A stretch of 63,525 bases of DNA, counting the filler, from Folioceros fuciformis (Eukaryota), in assembly GCA_049999805.1 (NCBI GenBank). It is 6 parts of 6 records of this genome, joined end to end, with 100 filler letters (N's around TTAATTAATTAA, not from the genome) between each part and the next. Parts side by side here need not be neighbours in the genome. Positions count along the whole stretch, not along the records: positions 15,509 to 26,546 come from JBNGIO010005610.1; positions 26,647 to 43,459 come from JBNGIO010005611.1; 4 more parts are not named here. The stretch is one strand, 5' to 3'. The stretch's first letter is position 1, and the number at the start of each line of letters is the position of its first letter. Shown here piece by piece: positions 25,130 through 37,879 of this stretch. Below the pieces are notes generated by a model. That model ran no database searches, was not told the DNA's origin, and saw nothing but the letters and a program-made list of their open reading frames with translations. Both the position numbers and the translations under genes were made by a program.

Positions 25130-25560
25130 CAGCTCTGCATACCACATCACAGCATGGAGGGGCTGGAGGAGCCTGTACCTGCTGGATAGCCCGGATCCCT
25201 TCAGCTTCCTCACCAATTTTGGGGAGCTAGATGCCTCCACCATCGGAACCATGTCCTCATGATCATCATCGGAGCAACCAAAAATGGCGCCAACTTCAAC
25301 CCCTTCTCCAACCTCCACAGAGCTGACAATCTCCGCTCCCGAAGGCTCCAGCTAGTCCTCCAAACTCACCTTGCAGCCATCTGAGCTAAAATCATCCCAA
25401 GGCACCCAATGCACATCACCGCAGGAGCCATTGATGCCATCCCTGACCTTATCCCCATCCGCCAACCTTCTGTTCAAACCACCCGCCGGAAAAGCTGCAA
25501 CAACTGCTGGAAGATCTGGCAGGGCACGGCTTGACCCACCTCCCCGCCTTTCAAGGAAAG
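25130..25560 (+). pseudogene. Possible decayed NLR-type LRR fragment
   Basis: ITAWRGWRSLYLLDSPDPFSFLTNFGELDA resembles LxxLxxLxLxxCxxLxxLPxxFGxL repeats; heavily frameshifted. Confidence 0.35.
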
Positions 25561-25642
25561 GAGTACGGCGATTTCTTCAGAGAGAGAGCTTCAAAGAGCA
25601 CGAATGGCAGGCACTGGCGAGTGCGCAAGCGGGTATTGACAG

Positions 25643-25871
25643 CTATTGACCAGTGCGGATATCTTGCACTCCTGGTTTCCCTTTGTGGGAGGGCTCCGGA
25701 ACAGCCCCGCCATCATCTCGAAAGCCCATGCATCTGGCCAATGTGCTTTTGCCTGCTCCTGACTTGCCAACCATGAGGATGCGCACCGCTCCAAACGCAG
25801 TTTTGGCGTTCTCCACGCAGTCGGCGATGGACAGATACTCTTGCTTCAAGCGTCTTTGGACGTGGGCCATC
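25643..25871 (-). pseudogene. N-terminal fragment of a P-loop (TRAFAC-like) GTPase
   Basis: VRILMVGKSGAGKSTLARC is a hydrophobic strand plus Walker A, followed by SHKGKPGVQDI; no G3/G4 motifs before the stop. Confidence 0.55.
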
Positions 25872-26546
25872 TTGCTTGAATCGTGAGATCTAGAGCTCTG
25901 TCCGATCCTCCCAGCTTCGAAGTTTGGGGCTACTTGTGGAAGAGTCGCTCCCTTCAATAAATTTATTGAAATCCACTTGCGTTGTCAGAGAGTGGGCATT
26001 GGGTGTGAAGTAAGTTTGAAGTCTCGAGCAAGCAAAGCAGTCTCCAGTCTCGTGCAGTTGCAGGCTCCAGTCTCGTGCAGTTGCAGGCTCGTGCCTTGGA
26101 AGGTTCCTGCTCAAAGTGATGGATGTTTAAATAATGAGTCGCTGCCGCTAGTAGCTAGTGGCCTTGTGGTGGCGTAGCTAGTGGCCTAGTGGGCTCGTGG
26201 AACCTTCCAACAACGAGACGGAAGAATCAGTGAAGAAGCATGTTGGACAGTGCATTGTGTGTCAAGCAGACAAAGCGGAACATGACAGACCTCGAGGTTT
26301 GTGAAACAGGACGACGAGTTGGCCCCTTGCGTCCATCAGTTAGAAGGTCACCTGGCAACGAAGCTGCCCTAGCCGACAGGAACTCGGCAGCGGGAACCTC
26401 ACCAAGTTCAGACGCCTTTGAAGAACGAAGTATAGTTTATCCATATCTATCGGAATTAAGCAAGGATAAATAGGTATAATGAATAAGTAAGACGGGGTGA
26501 AGTACAAAACCGAATCTTAACACTAAGACTAACCATCCTTAGGCTA

Positions 26547-26646
26547 NNNNNNNNNNNNNNNNNNNNNNNNNNNNNNNNNNNNNNNNNNNNTTAATTAATT
26601 AANNNNNNNNNNNNNNNNNNNNNNNNNNNNNNNNNNNNNNNNNNNN
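26547..26646. other. Artificial assembly linker
   Basis: N44-TTAATTAATTAA-N44. Confidence 0.97.
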
Positions 26647-27945
26647 CCGGGTACCTGGGCTTTGCAAAGTCTTGACGACCTTTGTGTATCTACCTCGACA
26701 AACTTGAAGAACCTTCTGCAGTCTGCCTGACAAGCGAATGCGTCTTGCAAGTGCACCACGTCGATGGTGCTATTTGCCAGGCATGAGTACACACAAATTC
26801 CTGCAGAATTCCTTTATTGGAACAGGCCACAAAACTGGGGGATGTAATGCCTATGGAATACCAAACAGGAAAGAGAGTATCTGTGTTCTTTCAACACAAT
26901 GCTGAGAGTCGGGAGTCCGCTGTGGTCCCCAAACTACAGGTCTGTAGTCTATGGAAGTTATGCGCCTGCCAAGCCTGCGAGCCCCTCCAGCACCGGAGTC
27001 CAGGGGAATTGCTGCATAAAGCCTATTGATCGGCACAGTGATCTTCAGCTTCTTCACGTGCACAAGACCAGATGTCACAGCGACCCTTTGCCTTCGAAAT
27101 GGCCCTTGTGCCCCCACAGCGTGATTGCGGCGGAGCGTGTCATGGGAATGTTCCCGATTGCAGCCCTCAAGGTGTCCTCTGGCGGTGGCCGCGGTTGCAC
27201 TTGAGGAGGTGGTGTGCAAAGCCGTTGCTGGATGCGGTCGTCCACTACAGCAGGCAAATGTGTGCCGGTGTCACGTGTGCGGTAACTCTGGGGCCGAACC
27301 CGGTTTACTGTGCTTACTGCCGGCACGTGGACCTTGGTCGCCCCGTCCGCCGTGCTACACACCGTGCTGTGCACAGACGCTGTCGGCGTTACCTGGGCAT
27401 CGGGATGGGGAAGCAATGGCCGCGGTGGCGGTGGGGGTGTCTGGAAGGCATTTCGGTCTGCCTCCTCCTCAGATCTCCAGTCTCAGAGGATGGCATCTCC
27501 TCTGTCGTGGACCACATTGAGTCGTCTGCGACGGTCGGGCCAGTCTTCTTCGACCATGCTGCTTGGCCTCAAGGGACCTTAAACTCTGTAAGCGGATCTT
27601 GACGCTTCTTGTTTAGGGATTGCTATTGGACTGTGTGTGGATTACTCAGCATATGTCTGTCAAACACAAAGACTTTTTTATATCTTGTCGCATGTACATA
27701 CAGTAAATCTTCACAACCTTAAGCCTTCCATAGCATCTCTTGCTGTTTCTCGTGTTAGGGGGTGGCGTTGCAACTTCTTCATCTTTCATCATTGTTTGCA
27801 GGCTCTTCACCTTGAGGGAATATTATATTGCATACTTCATCTTCGATGGGGACAAATATTTTCTCTACATAGTCTTCTTGCTTTAAGTTGATGTGCTCTT
27901 CAGCACTCATGGTTGGATATCCAACATTGGATGATGCTATATCAT

Positions 27946-30900
27946 TAACGTAGTTATCGCGTGACCAGAATCACCGTGGGCAGCACCATGATCAAGAGCA
28001 GAGCAGGAAGAAGCTAAGGTGTGCCATGGCGTAAGTGATAATTACATTGAGGTTCAAAAAAGCTTGAAACAGAGAGCTAGTTGTAACCGTTTTAACCTAA
28101 CTTAAATACGAACCGTTATTGGCTTAGTGTCTGAATAGGTAATTGCCAATCCTACACGCCCCCTCAGGCCTAATGCCAATCTAATCACATCAGCGAAAAC
28201 TTGAGGCGAAGCGCAAATTCTGGTCTCCACACAGCTAGTTTTGGTGACGCGAACGCACTCCAAATTCGCGCCCCCTTGCTATGGCTTGTGCATGCTGGCT
28301 AACCGCTCTCCTATGTCCCATGCTCACCGCAAGGTGATTGAGAGGTAGAGCAGTACCCGAGCATCAACCATGTGTGAAGATCCACTGCAAGCTGGGCTGA
28401 TAAAAGCTACAATAGGCGCGTGCCTCTTCCCATCATAGTAACTCATGCCTGCAGCATTGGTATGGCAATAAAACTAAGAGGTTCGTGAGTCCTGATTCGT
28501 TTACCTTGATGCTTCATCCAGGACTGATTCATGTGTGTGTAGGTGATGCAGGATTGGCTCCAGTGACTGAGCTGTGCGTAACACACAGGGGATGTGTTCT
28601 CTGTGGAAGCCAAAATGCTGCATCAGAATCTTAGGCTGCTGTTGCTGTGGCATGTTGCTTGTTTTCAAGATAAGTTGTTGTTCCCGTTAAGCCCAATGTG
28701 GTGCGATGTTGTGCATGTGTTGCCTTAGGAAGGCCCTTAGTTAACAGGTCAGCAACATTCTCTGTTGTGTGCACATATTGAAGCTAGACCATGCCTGTTT
28801 CAACTGCTTGACGAATAAAATGGATCTGTATCTCAATGTGTTTCGACCGAGCATGGAGAATAGGATTAGCTGTGAGAGCAATAGCGGATTGATTGTCACA
28901 TGCTAATATTGTGGGTGCCGGTTGCTTCCAGTGAATGCCCTCCAGGAATTGACGGACCCATATGATCTCACGTGCTGCATGTGATAGGGCTCTGTATTCC
29001 GCCTCAGTTGATGAAAGGCTCACTGTTGTAAGTTTCTTAGACTGCCAACTAATGGCAGATCCACATAACAGCAGAGAATATGCAGCAATGAATCTCCTTG
29101 AATCCACATCGCCAGCCCAGTGTGCATCTGCATAAGAAGTAAGTATTCCGTTTTCAGCAGCTGTATATTTCATAGAAAAATCCTGTGTACCTTTCAAATA
29201 ACGTAGGATTCTTTTGACGGCTGTCCAGTGCTTCTGACCTGGGTTGGAGAGGAAACGAGACACTACACCTACAGCCTGTGAGATGTTCGGACGAGTCCAA
29301 CCTTCTCTGTAAGGTACTTTTGCCATTTCTGCAACGTCTGTTGGTGTGGTAGGACAGTCCTCTATGGATAACTTTTCTCCAGATGCTATAGGGGTGGTAA
29401 CGGGATGTAATGCAGAGAGGTTGAATTTGGACAGCAACTGTCTTATGAAGTGTGCCTGGTGGATGGTGATGCAGGTCCTATCAGGGCTAAAGCTAAATTG
29501 AATGCCTAAGGCGAACTTCAAGGGACCTACATCTGTCATGTCCCATTCTTGTGACAGGGCTTCTTTCATTTCTGCCAAAATGTGGGTGTCACTAGCGAAA
29601 AGAAAGTTATCATCAACATACAATGCAATGATACAAAACTGGTTGGTCCTCTTCATTACATATACACTGCAGTCAGCAGTGAGAGGTACGAAACCAAGCT
29701 TGCGTAGCTTCTTGTCCGCTCTTGCATTCCACAATCTTGCAGACTGTTTCAATCCGTATAGAGATTTGAGTAGGTGACATACCTTAGTCGAATCTGTAAT
29801 GTAGCCTTCCGGTTCATTCATATAGATGGTCTCCTTTAATTCTCCGTTTAGAAAGGCCGTCTTAACGTCCATTTGGTGGACAAGGAGCTTGTGTTTTACG
29901 GCATAACACAGAAGGATCCGCATAGATGTCGGCTTCACCACTGGACTGAAAGTTTCTGTATAGTCCAAACCCTGAACCTGGGTATAGCCCCGGGCAACGA
30001 GGCGAGCTTTAAAACGAGCAACCGTACCATCTGGATTTAGCTTCAATTTAAACACCCATTTGGATGTAATGGGGCGTATATCCGGAGGTAAAGTCACCAG
30101 CTCCCAAGTGTGATTTGTGATCAAGCTATTGTATTCTGAATCAATGGCCTTTTGCCATTCAGCTTTGTAGGGGCTTGAAAGGGCTTCCTGGTATGTGACA
30201 GGTGTATTTGGAGGATCAAGTATTGAAGCAGCTGCATTTGTAGCTAGAGCTGCTAGGGATGTCCTAGGCGGAACATAAACAAAGGTGTCACCTGGTTCAT
30301 AAGGTGTCTTAATCCATTCTGACCTAGGGCGATGAATCCTAGCTGATCTACGAAGTAAAGGTACCTCCTATTCATCTACTGCCAATTGTTCATGTTCTTC
30401 TGGTTGAGGATCTTCATCTAACTCTGTAGGGTCATTGGTTTGATCTACCTCTGCAGCAAGTTCTTGTGCTGGGGGTTCAATCTCTGGAGGATTATCCAAA
30501 ACATCTGAAGGGTCTAGTAGAGGAGGTGCTGCTAGCAAAGGCTGCTGTTGGTGTACAAGCCCTAATGGTGCTTTGGGAGCAGCTGAGTTGTCAAGGAACT
30601 CTAAAGGAAAAACAAAAATATCTTTGTTTACTTTGTCCTCTTCTAAGTGTTGTTGTGGAGTATGACCATAGATTGAAGGTTCTGATAAGGGCTTGAGGCT
30701 TGTAACAGACTGAAGATGAGAGGCAAGGATAAAGCTCTCGTTGAAACTCACACTTCTAGCTAGGGTAAGTTGCCTTTTATGTGGGCAATACAGCTTATAA
30801 CCCTTTGTCTGTTCAGAGTACCCAACAAAAATATGTTTTGTAGCTTGATTGTCCATCTTACCACGCTTCTCCGTTGGTGTGTATGCATAGGCTGCTGCGC

Positions 30901-33900
30901 CAAAGATGCGTAGATGGTTGATCCTGGGCCTGTGCCCCGTCCATCGCTCAATGGGTGTGTAGCTGAAAAGTGGCTTTTATAGGCAGCCTATTCTGAATAT
31001 ACTTAACAGCAACTATACCTTCGGCCCAGTATCCTCTTGTAAGTCTTGCTGATGAAAAAGTAGCTCTACAACGTTCTTGCAAAGTGCGATTGTATCTCTC
31101 AGCATATGAGTTTTGTGCAGGATGGTAGGGTACCGTGAGTTGGTGAAGAATACCCTTCTGTCGACAATATGATTGGAAATCCTCGCTGAGGTATTCTTTC
31201 GCATTGTCACTTCTTAGCTTCTTAAGAATGCAGCCAGTTTGAGTCTCTGCTAGTTGTACGTAGTCGAGAAACTTATCATATGTCTGACTACGATTATGCA
31301 GAAAGTAAATGTGGCTGTAATGGCTCCATTCATCAAGGAACAGCAAAAAATAAATTGCCCCACCAAACGATGCCGTTGACATCGGGCCACAAATGTCAGT
31401 ACGCACCACATCTAACAGCCTAGTAGCCTTGGTAGGTTCAGGATCATTGTATGGCTTTTGTGCCATCTTCCCAACTTGGCAGTCTTCACAAAAAAGGTGA
31501 TCATTCAGTTTAAAAGAAATTGGATCCTTGTACAATTCTGGTTTGCTAACAACTTGATGTATGTATGTTATGCTAGGGTGGCAGAGACAATGATGCCAAA
31601 GAGAAGTCTTGTCCACATCACTCTTGGCATCAGTCACTAGCCCATACACATAATTGGCTGTACTCTCAAAATGATAAAGGTCATTGTAAGTGATTCCTTC
31701 TCCCAGTACGATTGAATGATCATGTATAGAGGTTACTAAACAACCATTTGGCGTGAAACATACTTGCAGGTCATGATCTGTTACAAGTTTCCTGACTGAC
31801 AGTAAATTTTTCTTCATGCTAGGTACATGTAAAACACCCAACAATGTGATATGTGGCCCACCTTTCATAGGAAATGAGACATCACCATATCCAGCAATTG
31901 TGAGTCCGCTGTCGTCTCCAAGTAGCACAAACTGACTAGTTGGTGCTGGCTTGTATCTGATAAATCTGTCTTGAGAGATACAGATATGGTGTGTGGCACC
32001 GGAGTCCAAAAACCACATACTTGTATCAGCTTGTGTAAGAGATAAACATATAGCAAGGATGGTTGGTGGCTTGGAGGCAGTCTGTGAAGAGCTGCTCTGC
32101 CCATGAGTCACCATATTCGTCTCGGCACCAGGTATTGTTTCATGGCGAGGCTCTCCAGCCCGCTTCTTTCTACATTCACTTTCGAAATGACCTGGAATTC
32201 TGCACCAGTGACAGGTGCCCTTCTTTTTATGTCCAGGTGTATAAGAGATTGGTGCAGCATAGGGTGTTTCCCTTCCTCGACCACGTCCTCTCCCACGTCC
32301 ACGCTGGGTGTAGAGGATATGTGAACTATGTTGCTGCTGACCTCGTCCAGTAGCAACCCTGCTGGATTCCTCCTCCAGCAGTGCACCGACCACTTGTGCA
32401 AAAGTGATGTTAGCACATGCCTGGTTAACAAAATTGGTTTGTGTAGTAACAAAAGCTCTGTAGCTGTGTGGCAAGGATGTGAGAAGGACTATTATAGCCT
32501 TCGTTTCGGTCAATACATCACCGCCGGAAGCAATCTTAGCACGTAAGCTACGAAATCTATGTAAGTGGTGCTCCACACTATCACTTTCCTTCATACGTAG
32601 GCCATAGAATTGTCTGGTTGCGTTTATAAGTGTAGCCCTGTCCTTTGCGGCAAACATGTCTTTAAATAAACTCCAGACTACTGCAGACGTCGTCTGCCCT
32701 TGAGTATGTTGTATCATGTTCCTATCAAGAGCTGATAGGATTATACTCCGTGCTCTTTTAACCTGCTTTTCCCAAGCCTTTATTTCTGCATCTGTGCCTT
32801 TAGGATTTGCTAATGCTGGATTTGTACTCTTTCCAATGACAACATCCATGAGGTCGTGCTCTTCGAAGATTGCTTCCATTCGAAGCTCCCAGATTGGGTA
32901 ATCTGAGCCATTAAACCGGTCCTTATCTTTCATATCCAACCTGAAAGTGGTGTTGTTAATGGTTGTGTTGGTACCCATGATTGGAGGTTGAGGTGGAGGA
33001 GGTGTTAATGTAAAATGAGGTGCTTTTGGCCTAGGATACCTATGTGGTGGTGACCACATGCAGCTACTGTACTGACACTACGTAACCTATCTAAAAATTT
33101 CTAGAGAATTGAGGATTCTGAATCCTGACCGAACATTGTGGCCAAGGACCCTAATATGTGATCTGTTGGCTCAGGTACTATCTTCAAACCAATTGATGGA
33201 TCACAACAAGAGATGTCAGGCTTTAGAGAAGAAGGAACAGTGGATCTGTCAAGCATCTTTGAAATCAGATAGTTGTGTGCAAGACGATCAGATTGCATGG
33301 TAACTTGTGACAACTTCTTGATCAAAATACCTATTTGCTGGTGTAGCTCAATCTGATCTTTCCAATATTTCTGCTAGGCTATGTGTGCTTGGTGCTTAAG
33401 GATGCCTACCGTAGTGTTCAACTGCCTAATCGCAATGTTGTTAGGTTGTGATGTGAGGTGTTGTGTGGACGCAGGACGGCGGGATACTTGCCGATCTTCT
33501 ACATGCAATTCACAGCAACAATTATAGCGGCTGCAAGTGCGATATTGTCTAGGAGAAGGTGAATCATAATCTCTTGAGAACCTATCTCTATTCCTGTTCC
33601 TTGTCATGGTGCAGCATCAGTTATGCTGCGCACGTTTCTGATCACACTCCCACTTGCTCAAATCCTGCCAGAATTGCTTGCGTGAGGTGAAATAAAGCTG
33701 TTTTTCTTCCTCCTTCCAAGGGATACTCATAGGTGGTGCTGTCCAGACTCGACGTGGCGTAGCGGCATATTCCATGCGGCTAATGTAATTGAAAAATGCG
33801 TCTAATTGCATATGGGATCCGTACTCGGTCCATAATGGCTCTGATACCATAACGTAGTTATCGCGTGACCAGAATCACCGTGGGCAGCACCATGATCAAG

Positions 33901-34052
33901 AGCATGAAGAAGCTAAGGCGTTGGCATAAGTGATTATTACATTGAGGTTTTAAAAAAGCCTAAAACAGAGAGCTAGTTGTAACCGTTTTAACCTAACTTA
34001 AATACGAACCGTTATTGGCTTAGTGTCTGAATAGGTAATTGCCAATCCTACA
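27946..34052 (-). mobile_element. Full-length but degenerate Ty1/copia LTR retrotransposon
   Basis: Direct LTRs at 27946-28156 and 33850-34052. PBS TGGTATCAGAGC (tRNA-iMet) at 33838-33849 and PPT TGAGGGGGCG at 28157-28166, both on the minus strand. Gag (RFNGSDYPIW, CHWCRIPGHFESEC), protease WFLDSGATHH, integrase (LRSDNAKEY, QNSYAER), RT (HQMDVKTAFLNG, LYVDD) and RNase H (YADAHWA, SSTEAEY). Split by stops and frameshifts. Confidence 0.96.
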
Positions 34053-34054
34053 AA

Positions 34055-35160
34055 ATGAAGCCTGGCGAAGGAGAGGACAGCTACGTGAAGAACTCGTCAA
34101 TGCAGTCGCACTTTATTCAGGTGGTGGAAGCTCAGCTGTGGCACGGGATTCGATCTGCTTCCCGCGTTCCAGAGATGGGCAATTCCTGGAACGCCCTATG
34201 CGTAGCAGACCTAGGATGTGCCACGGGTAACAACACCATCAGAACCGTGGACAAGCTCCTGGAAAGTCTGGCAGCGCTGTGGCAGTCCAAGAGTGGCCGG
34301 CTGGACCTGCACCTGCAGCGGCGGCCCTTCCCCAAGGACGTTCAGGTTTTCTTCACCGACCTACCGTCCAACGATTTCAACACTCGCTTCTGCAGCTTGT
34401 CCCGTCACCAAGCTGGATCCAGGCGCTATTTCGCAGTCGGTGTCCCTGGATCCTTCTATGGCCCGCTGTTTCCCGCCACAAGCATCCACACTTTCACCTG
34501 CTTCACCGCGCTGCATTGGCTGTCCCGAGTACCTCCCGAGGTCCTGGACGAGAATTCCCCTACATTCAACTTTGACAGGGTGCACGTCCGTGGCGCCAAT
34601 CCCGCCATGGAGCGGGCCTTTGCTGGCCAGAGCCACAACGACCTGACGGAATTCTTCACCAACCGAGCCAATGAGCTGGTACCTAGAGGGTTCGCTGCCC
34701 TGGCCATACTTGCCAAGCCAGACGAGCAGCCGCACCGAGCAGCACTCTTGGACATGTTATTCGACACCTTCCACGAGCTATCTGTCCAGGGTGTTATCCC
34801 ACGGGATCTCATCGAGACCTTTAACATCCCCCTCTACATCCCGAGTATCGCACAAGTGAGGCGGGCTGTGGAGCGGGCAGGCCTCTTCGACATCCACTTC
34901 CTGCAATCCTGCGGTGACATCTCCTACTACCCTGCAGCCAAATGTGCGGAATACTGAGCGGATGTCAAAAGTTTTGCGAGGGAAAGTGCTTTGATGTGGA
35001 AGGGCGTCTTCCTCACAATCATACTGGAGCACTTCGGTCAGGAGTTGAACAACGTGCTGTTCAACCAGTTCGAGCATCATGTGCAGACACTTCATCTTCA
35101 GTCTAGCGATCCAAATGTGGACGATTACTTCACCATCAATCTCTTCTGACCAGGAAGTAG
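34055..35160 (+). pseudogene. Intronless SABATH-family SAM-dependent carboxyl methyltransferase with a premature stop
   Basis: MKPGEGEDSYVKNS, VADLGCATGNNT, FFTDLPSNDFNT, GVPGSFYGPLFP, ALHWLSRVP, ELVPRG, FNIPLYIPS. In-frame TGA at 34955; homology continues (IILEHFGQE..LFNQF) to a shifted LTRK-stop ending at 35160. Confidence 0.9.
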
Positions 35161-35372
35161 ACTAAACTGTTAAGAATGTTGGGAAGTAACTTGGAGTGAA
35201 ATATCGTTATCTTTAATAGTCGTAGTACTTTTTGTTTTAGTAAGGACAAGAGGACTTATATCACAACTTTTATATCACAATACGGTTAGGCTGGTTTTCA
35301 CACAAACTTTACCGTGGTATATATGGTCCAAACATTTTGGACGTAACAGATGTGCCCGCTTCGGTTATAGGG

Positions 35373-35410
35373 CACAAAGTAGGTGTCCCGATCGGGACAC
35401 CTACTTTGTG
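35373..35410. repeat. Perfect 38-bp palindrome
   Basis: CACAAAGTAGGTGTCCCGA|TCGGGACACCTACTTTGTG equals its own reverse complement. Confidence 0.97.
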
Positions 35411-35687
35411 AAAATATTTTATCCCTCACGTTCAGATCCTGGGGATGCTGATAATATCCTTGGGACCTGTGGAATGGTGCAGAGCAAGATGGTCAGCGGG
35501 GTGGTGATGCAGATCGAAGTTCCGGGTCCAGCATCCCGCCAATGAGGAGGGTGCCGAAGTGGCGATGCAAGCTCTCCTACTCTGAGGTGTGCTCCTATAG
35601 AGAGGAGGAGGATGACACACCTATGCGTCCACGGCAAGGTGCAACCCATGGCAGACAACCGTCTCTTGCTCGCCGTGAGGGTCTCAC

Positions 35688-36005
35688 GGCGGTGTCAATT
35701 GGTGAATCTCTGAAACACTACCAAATGCTAACCTATGCGAACCCCCGACATATTTCATCCTTATATTTTATGATGAGGGTGCATGAACTCAAATAAAAAA
35801 CATAGTACGTGTCTGTATCGGTCCACATGCCCGTTATCTTGATGAGAAAAAAGTGCCTCTACGGTGTACAGGTAGGTCTCGTGATGTGGCTATGTTTAGT
35901 ATGGGAATCTGCGGTAGATCCTATTGTATATTCCTGTATAGAATACATATTTAACAAAAACATTAGTGTCTAGGCCGTGTCCAAATCGGTATTCCATACG
36001 ATTGA
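35688..36005 (+). repeat. Dispersed non-coding repeat, second copy of 12260-12560
   Basis: Blocks of homology in reverse complement to 12260-12560. Confidence 0.8.
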
Positions 36006-36318
36006 ACCTAATGATTATTACTAAAGGTTCAGTGTTCTTAGACCTCCATTCTCATCCAAATTTCAATCTACATAATCTACATCGTACCCACATCTCCTGG
36101 TGCGAAGGGCGCCGGCGCCGAAGATGGGCAGCGGGGCTTGCTAGGGAGCAGCGCCGTAGCAGGCAAGTGGCCGGGCTCACAAGGGGGCCAGGCTCGCCGC
36201 TCGGGAACTCTTTCTTTAAAATGTAGTACTAGTATTGTACATCCCGTTGCGGATCGTGCTCCGGAGACCAAGCGAGTGCCAAAGTTGTGTGGGGACATGG
36301 CGGCACAGCTTGCTAAGT

Positions 36319-36573
36319 GCTTTGGACCTAGCAGAGCCACCGGGATAAGACTCGCAAGCTTGAACTAATGATAAATAGTGCTAATAATGATTAAAGGGTT
36401 TGTGCTTTGGACATAGCAGAGCCACCGAGATAAGACTCGTAAGCTTGAACTAATGATAAATAGTGTTGATAAAGATTAAAGGGTTTGTGCTTTGGACCTA
36501 ATAGAGCTACCGGGATAAGACTTGCAAGCTTGAACTAATGATAAATAGTGCTGATAATGATTAAAGGGTTTGT
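36319..36573. repeat. 85-bp tandem repeat, three copies
   Basis: GCTTTGGACCTAGCAGAGCCACCGGGATAAGACTCGCAAGCTTGAACTAATGATAAATAGTG.. starts at 36319, 36404 and 36489. Confidence 0.93.
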
Positions 36574-36788
36574 GTTGGTAAGATAAGATATGTTGGGTTA
36601 TGGTTAGAATATTTAAGTGACGTTTCATAGAGTCACAACTTAAGTGAACAGCTATAACATTTCAGTCAGTTAAAGTTGTGTTTTGTGTTTATAAACTAAG
36701 ACCCTTTCTTTTGAACTTATAATGAAAATCTTAATAATTTTTTTTTTTTTTTTGCATTTACTTCTATAATTTGTCATGGTATCAGAGT
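36573..36788 (+). mobile_element. Probable decayed LTR followed by a tRNA-iMet primer-binding site
   Basis: ..TTGTCA (36776) directly followed by TGGTATCAGAG; TGTTGG is a candidate start. No partner LTR found. Confidence 0.45.
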
Positions 36789-37879
36789 CATGTTTGTTGT
36801 TGGTTGTATTCAGATGAATGCACAATAAAATTGTGCATCAGAAAATGTGTACAATTTTATATTCTTTTTTTTTCTTGTTTTAAAATTAATTGAATTTCAA
36901 GAAACATAATCTTTAAAAGAATGTTTTCATTCTTGTTTAATTTAATGAATGCATATAGATTCTACATATCAAGTATATAATCTAGTGCACTTCCATCTGA
37001 ATTGATACTTAGATTAATTCAATGGAGGCCCACTAGAGTAGCTGCTTTAAAATTTAAGAAATTTGCTGGTAGCCATGGCTAATAATTATGGCCACCAGCG
37101 TAGGAATGGATGTCCTATAGAAAGGATCCTTATCTATGATAGAGCTAGAACTCTTGATGGATTGTCAGTTGCATCCCAACTTCATAAAAGAGTCCTGTAG
37201 TGGAGCCAAAGAAATCAGTTACAATTAGTTTTGATTACTGATTTACAAATAGCTTTTAATATTTTAATTGCAGCACTTTACCCACTAGAGCCAAATCTCT
37301 TGTTTGCTCTTCCTTCACAAGGCTTATCAAATTTATTAGGAGGATGTGTACAGAAAGGCAATGTAGAACATAATCTTTATGATTCTTCTTTGGCCGAGTC
37401 TGTCACACATATAGGTGTTAACACAATAATTCAACGCCTTGAGACAAACAACAAGATTTTTAGACAGACTATGCAATCAAATATGAGAACATTTATCTAC
37501 AACAAGCGTGGACTTACAATATCTGAAGGAACAAATCTCTTACTTGGACTACAAGCTTGTCATGCTGTTGAGATCCAAGAAAATTGATGATTCAGCCTTC
37601 AAAAATATAGCTTGTAAGCACGCAAGTAAGGCAGAACGTGTACAAATGTTTGCCTTACCTAATTTATGTTCCTCGTGCTCCACAAATATTTATAACAAAG
37701 TTAATTTCGGAAACTCCAAGCATGCAACTCGAAGAGGTGTGGGGGCGGATTCTGCAGTGCCAAAAATATGCACTATGAGTAGAAGTGTATGGCCGAATCA
37801 AACAGTGATAAGGAAATAAACTTTGATATAAACAGAGCAGAACCTAGCAGAACCTATTTTTACATCATCTAGACCCAAC

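Noticed and set aside
26647-27600. Cys/His-rich overlapping ORFs as a possible transposase or zinc-finger gene
   Set aside because: No coherent motif in any frame that I can support.
34955-34957. Stop codon repaired by U-to-C RNA editing or read-through
   Set aside because: Such editing is organellar; this is a nuclear gene that also has an upstream LTR insertion and a likely 3' frameshift.
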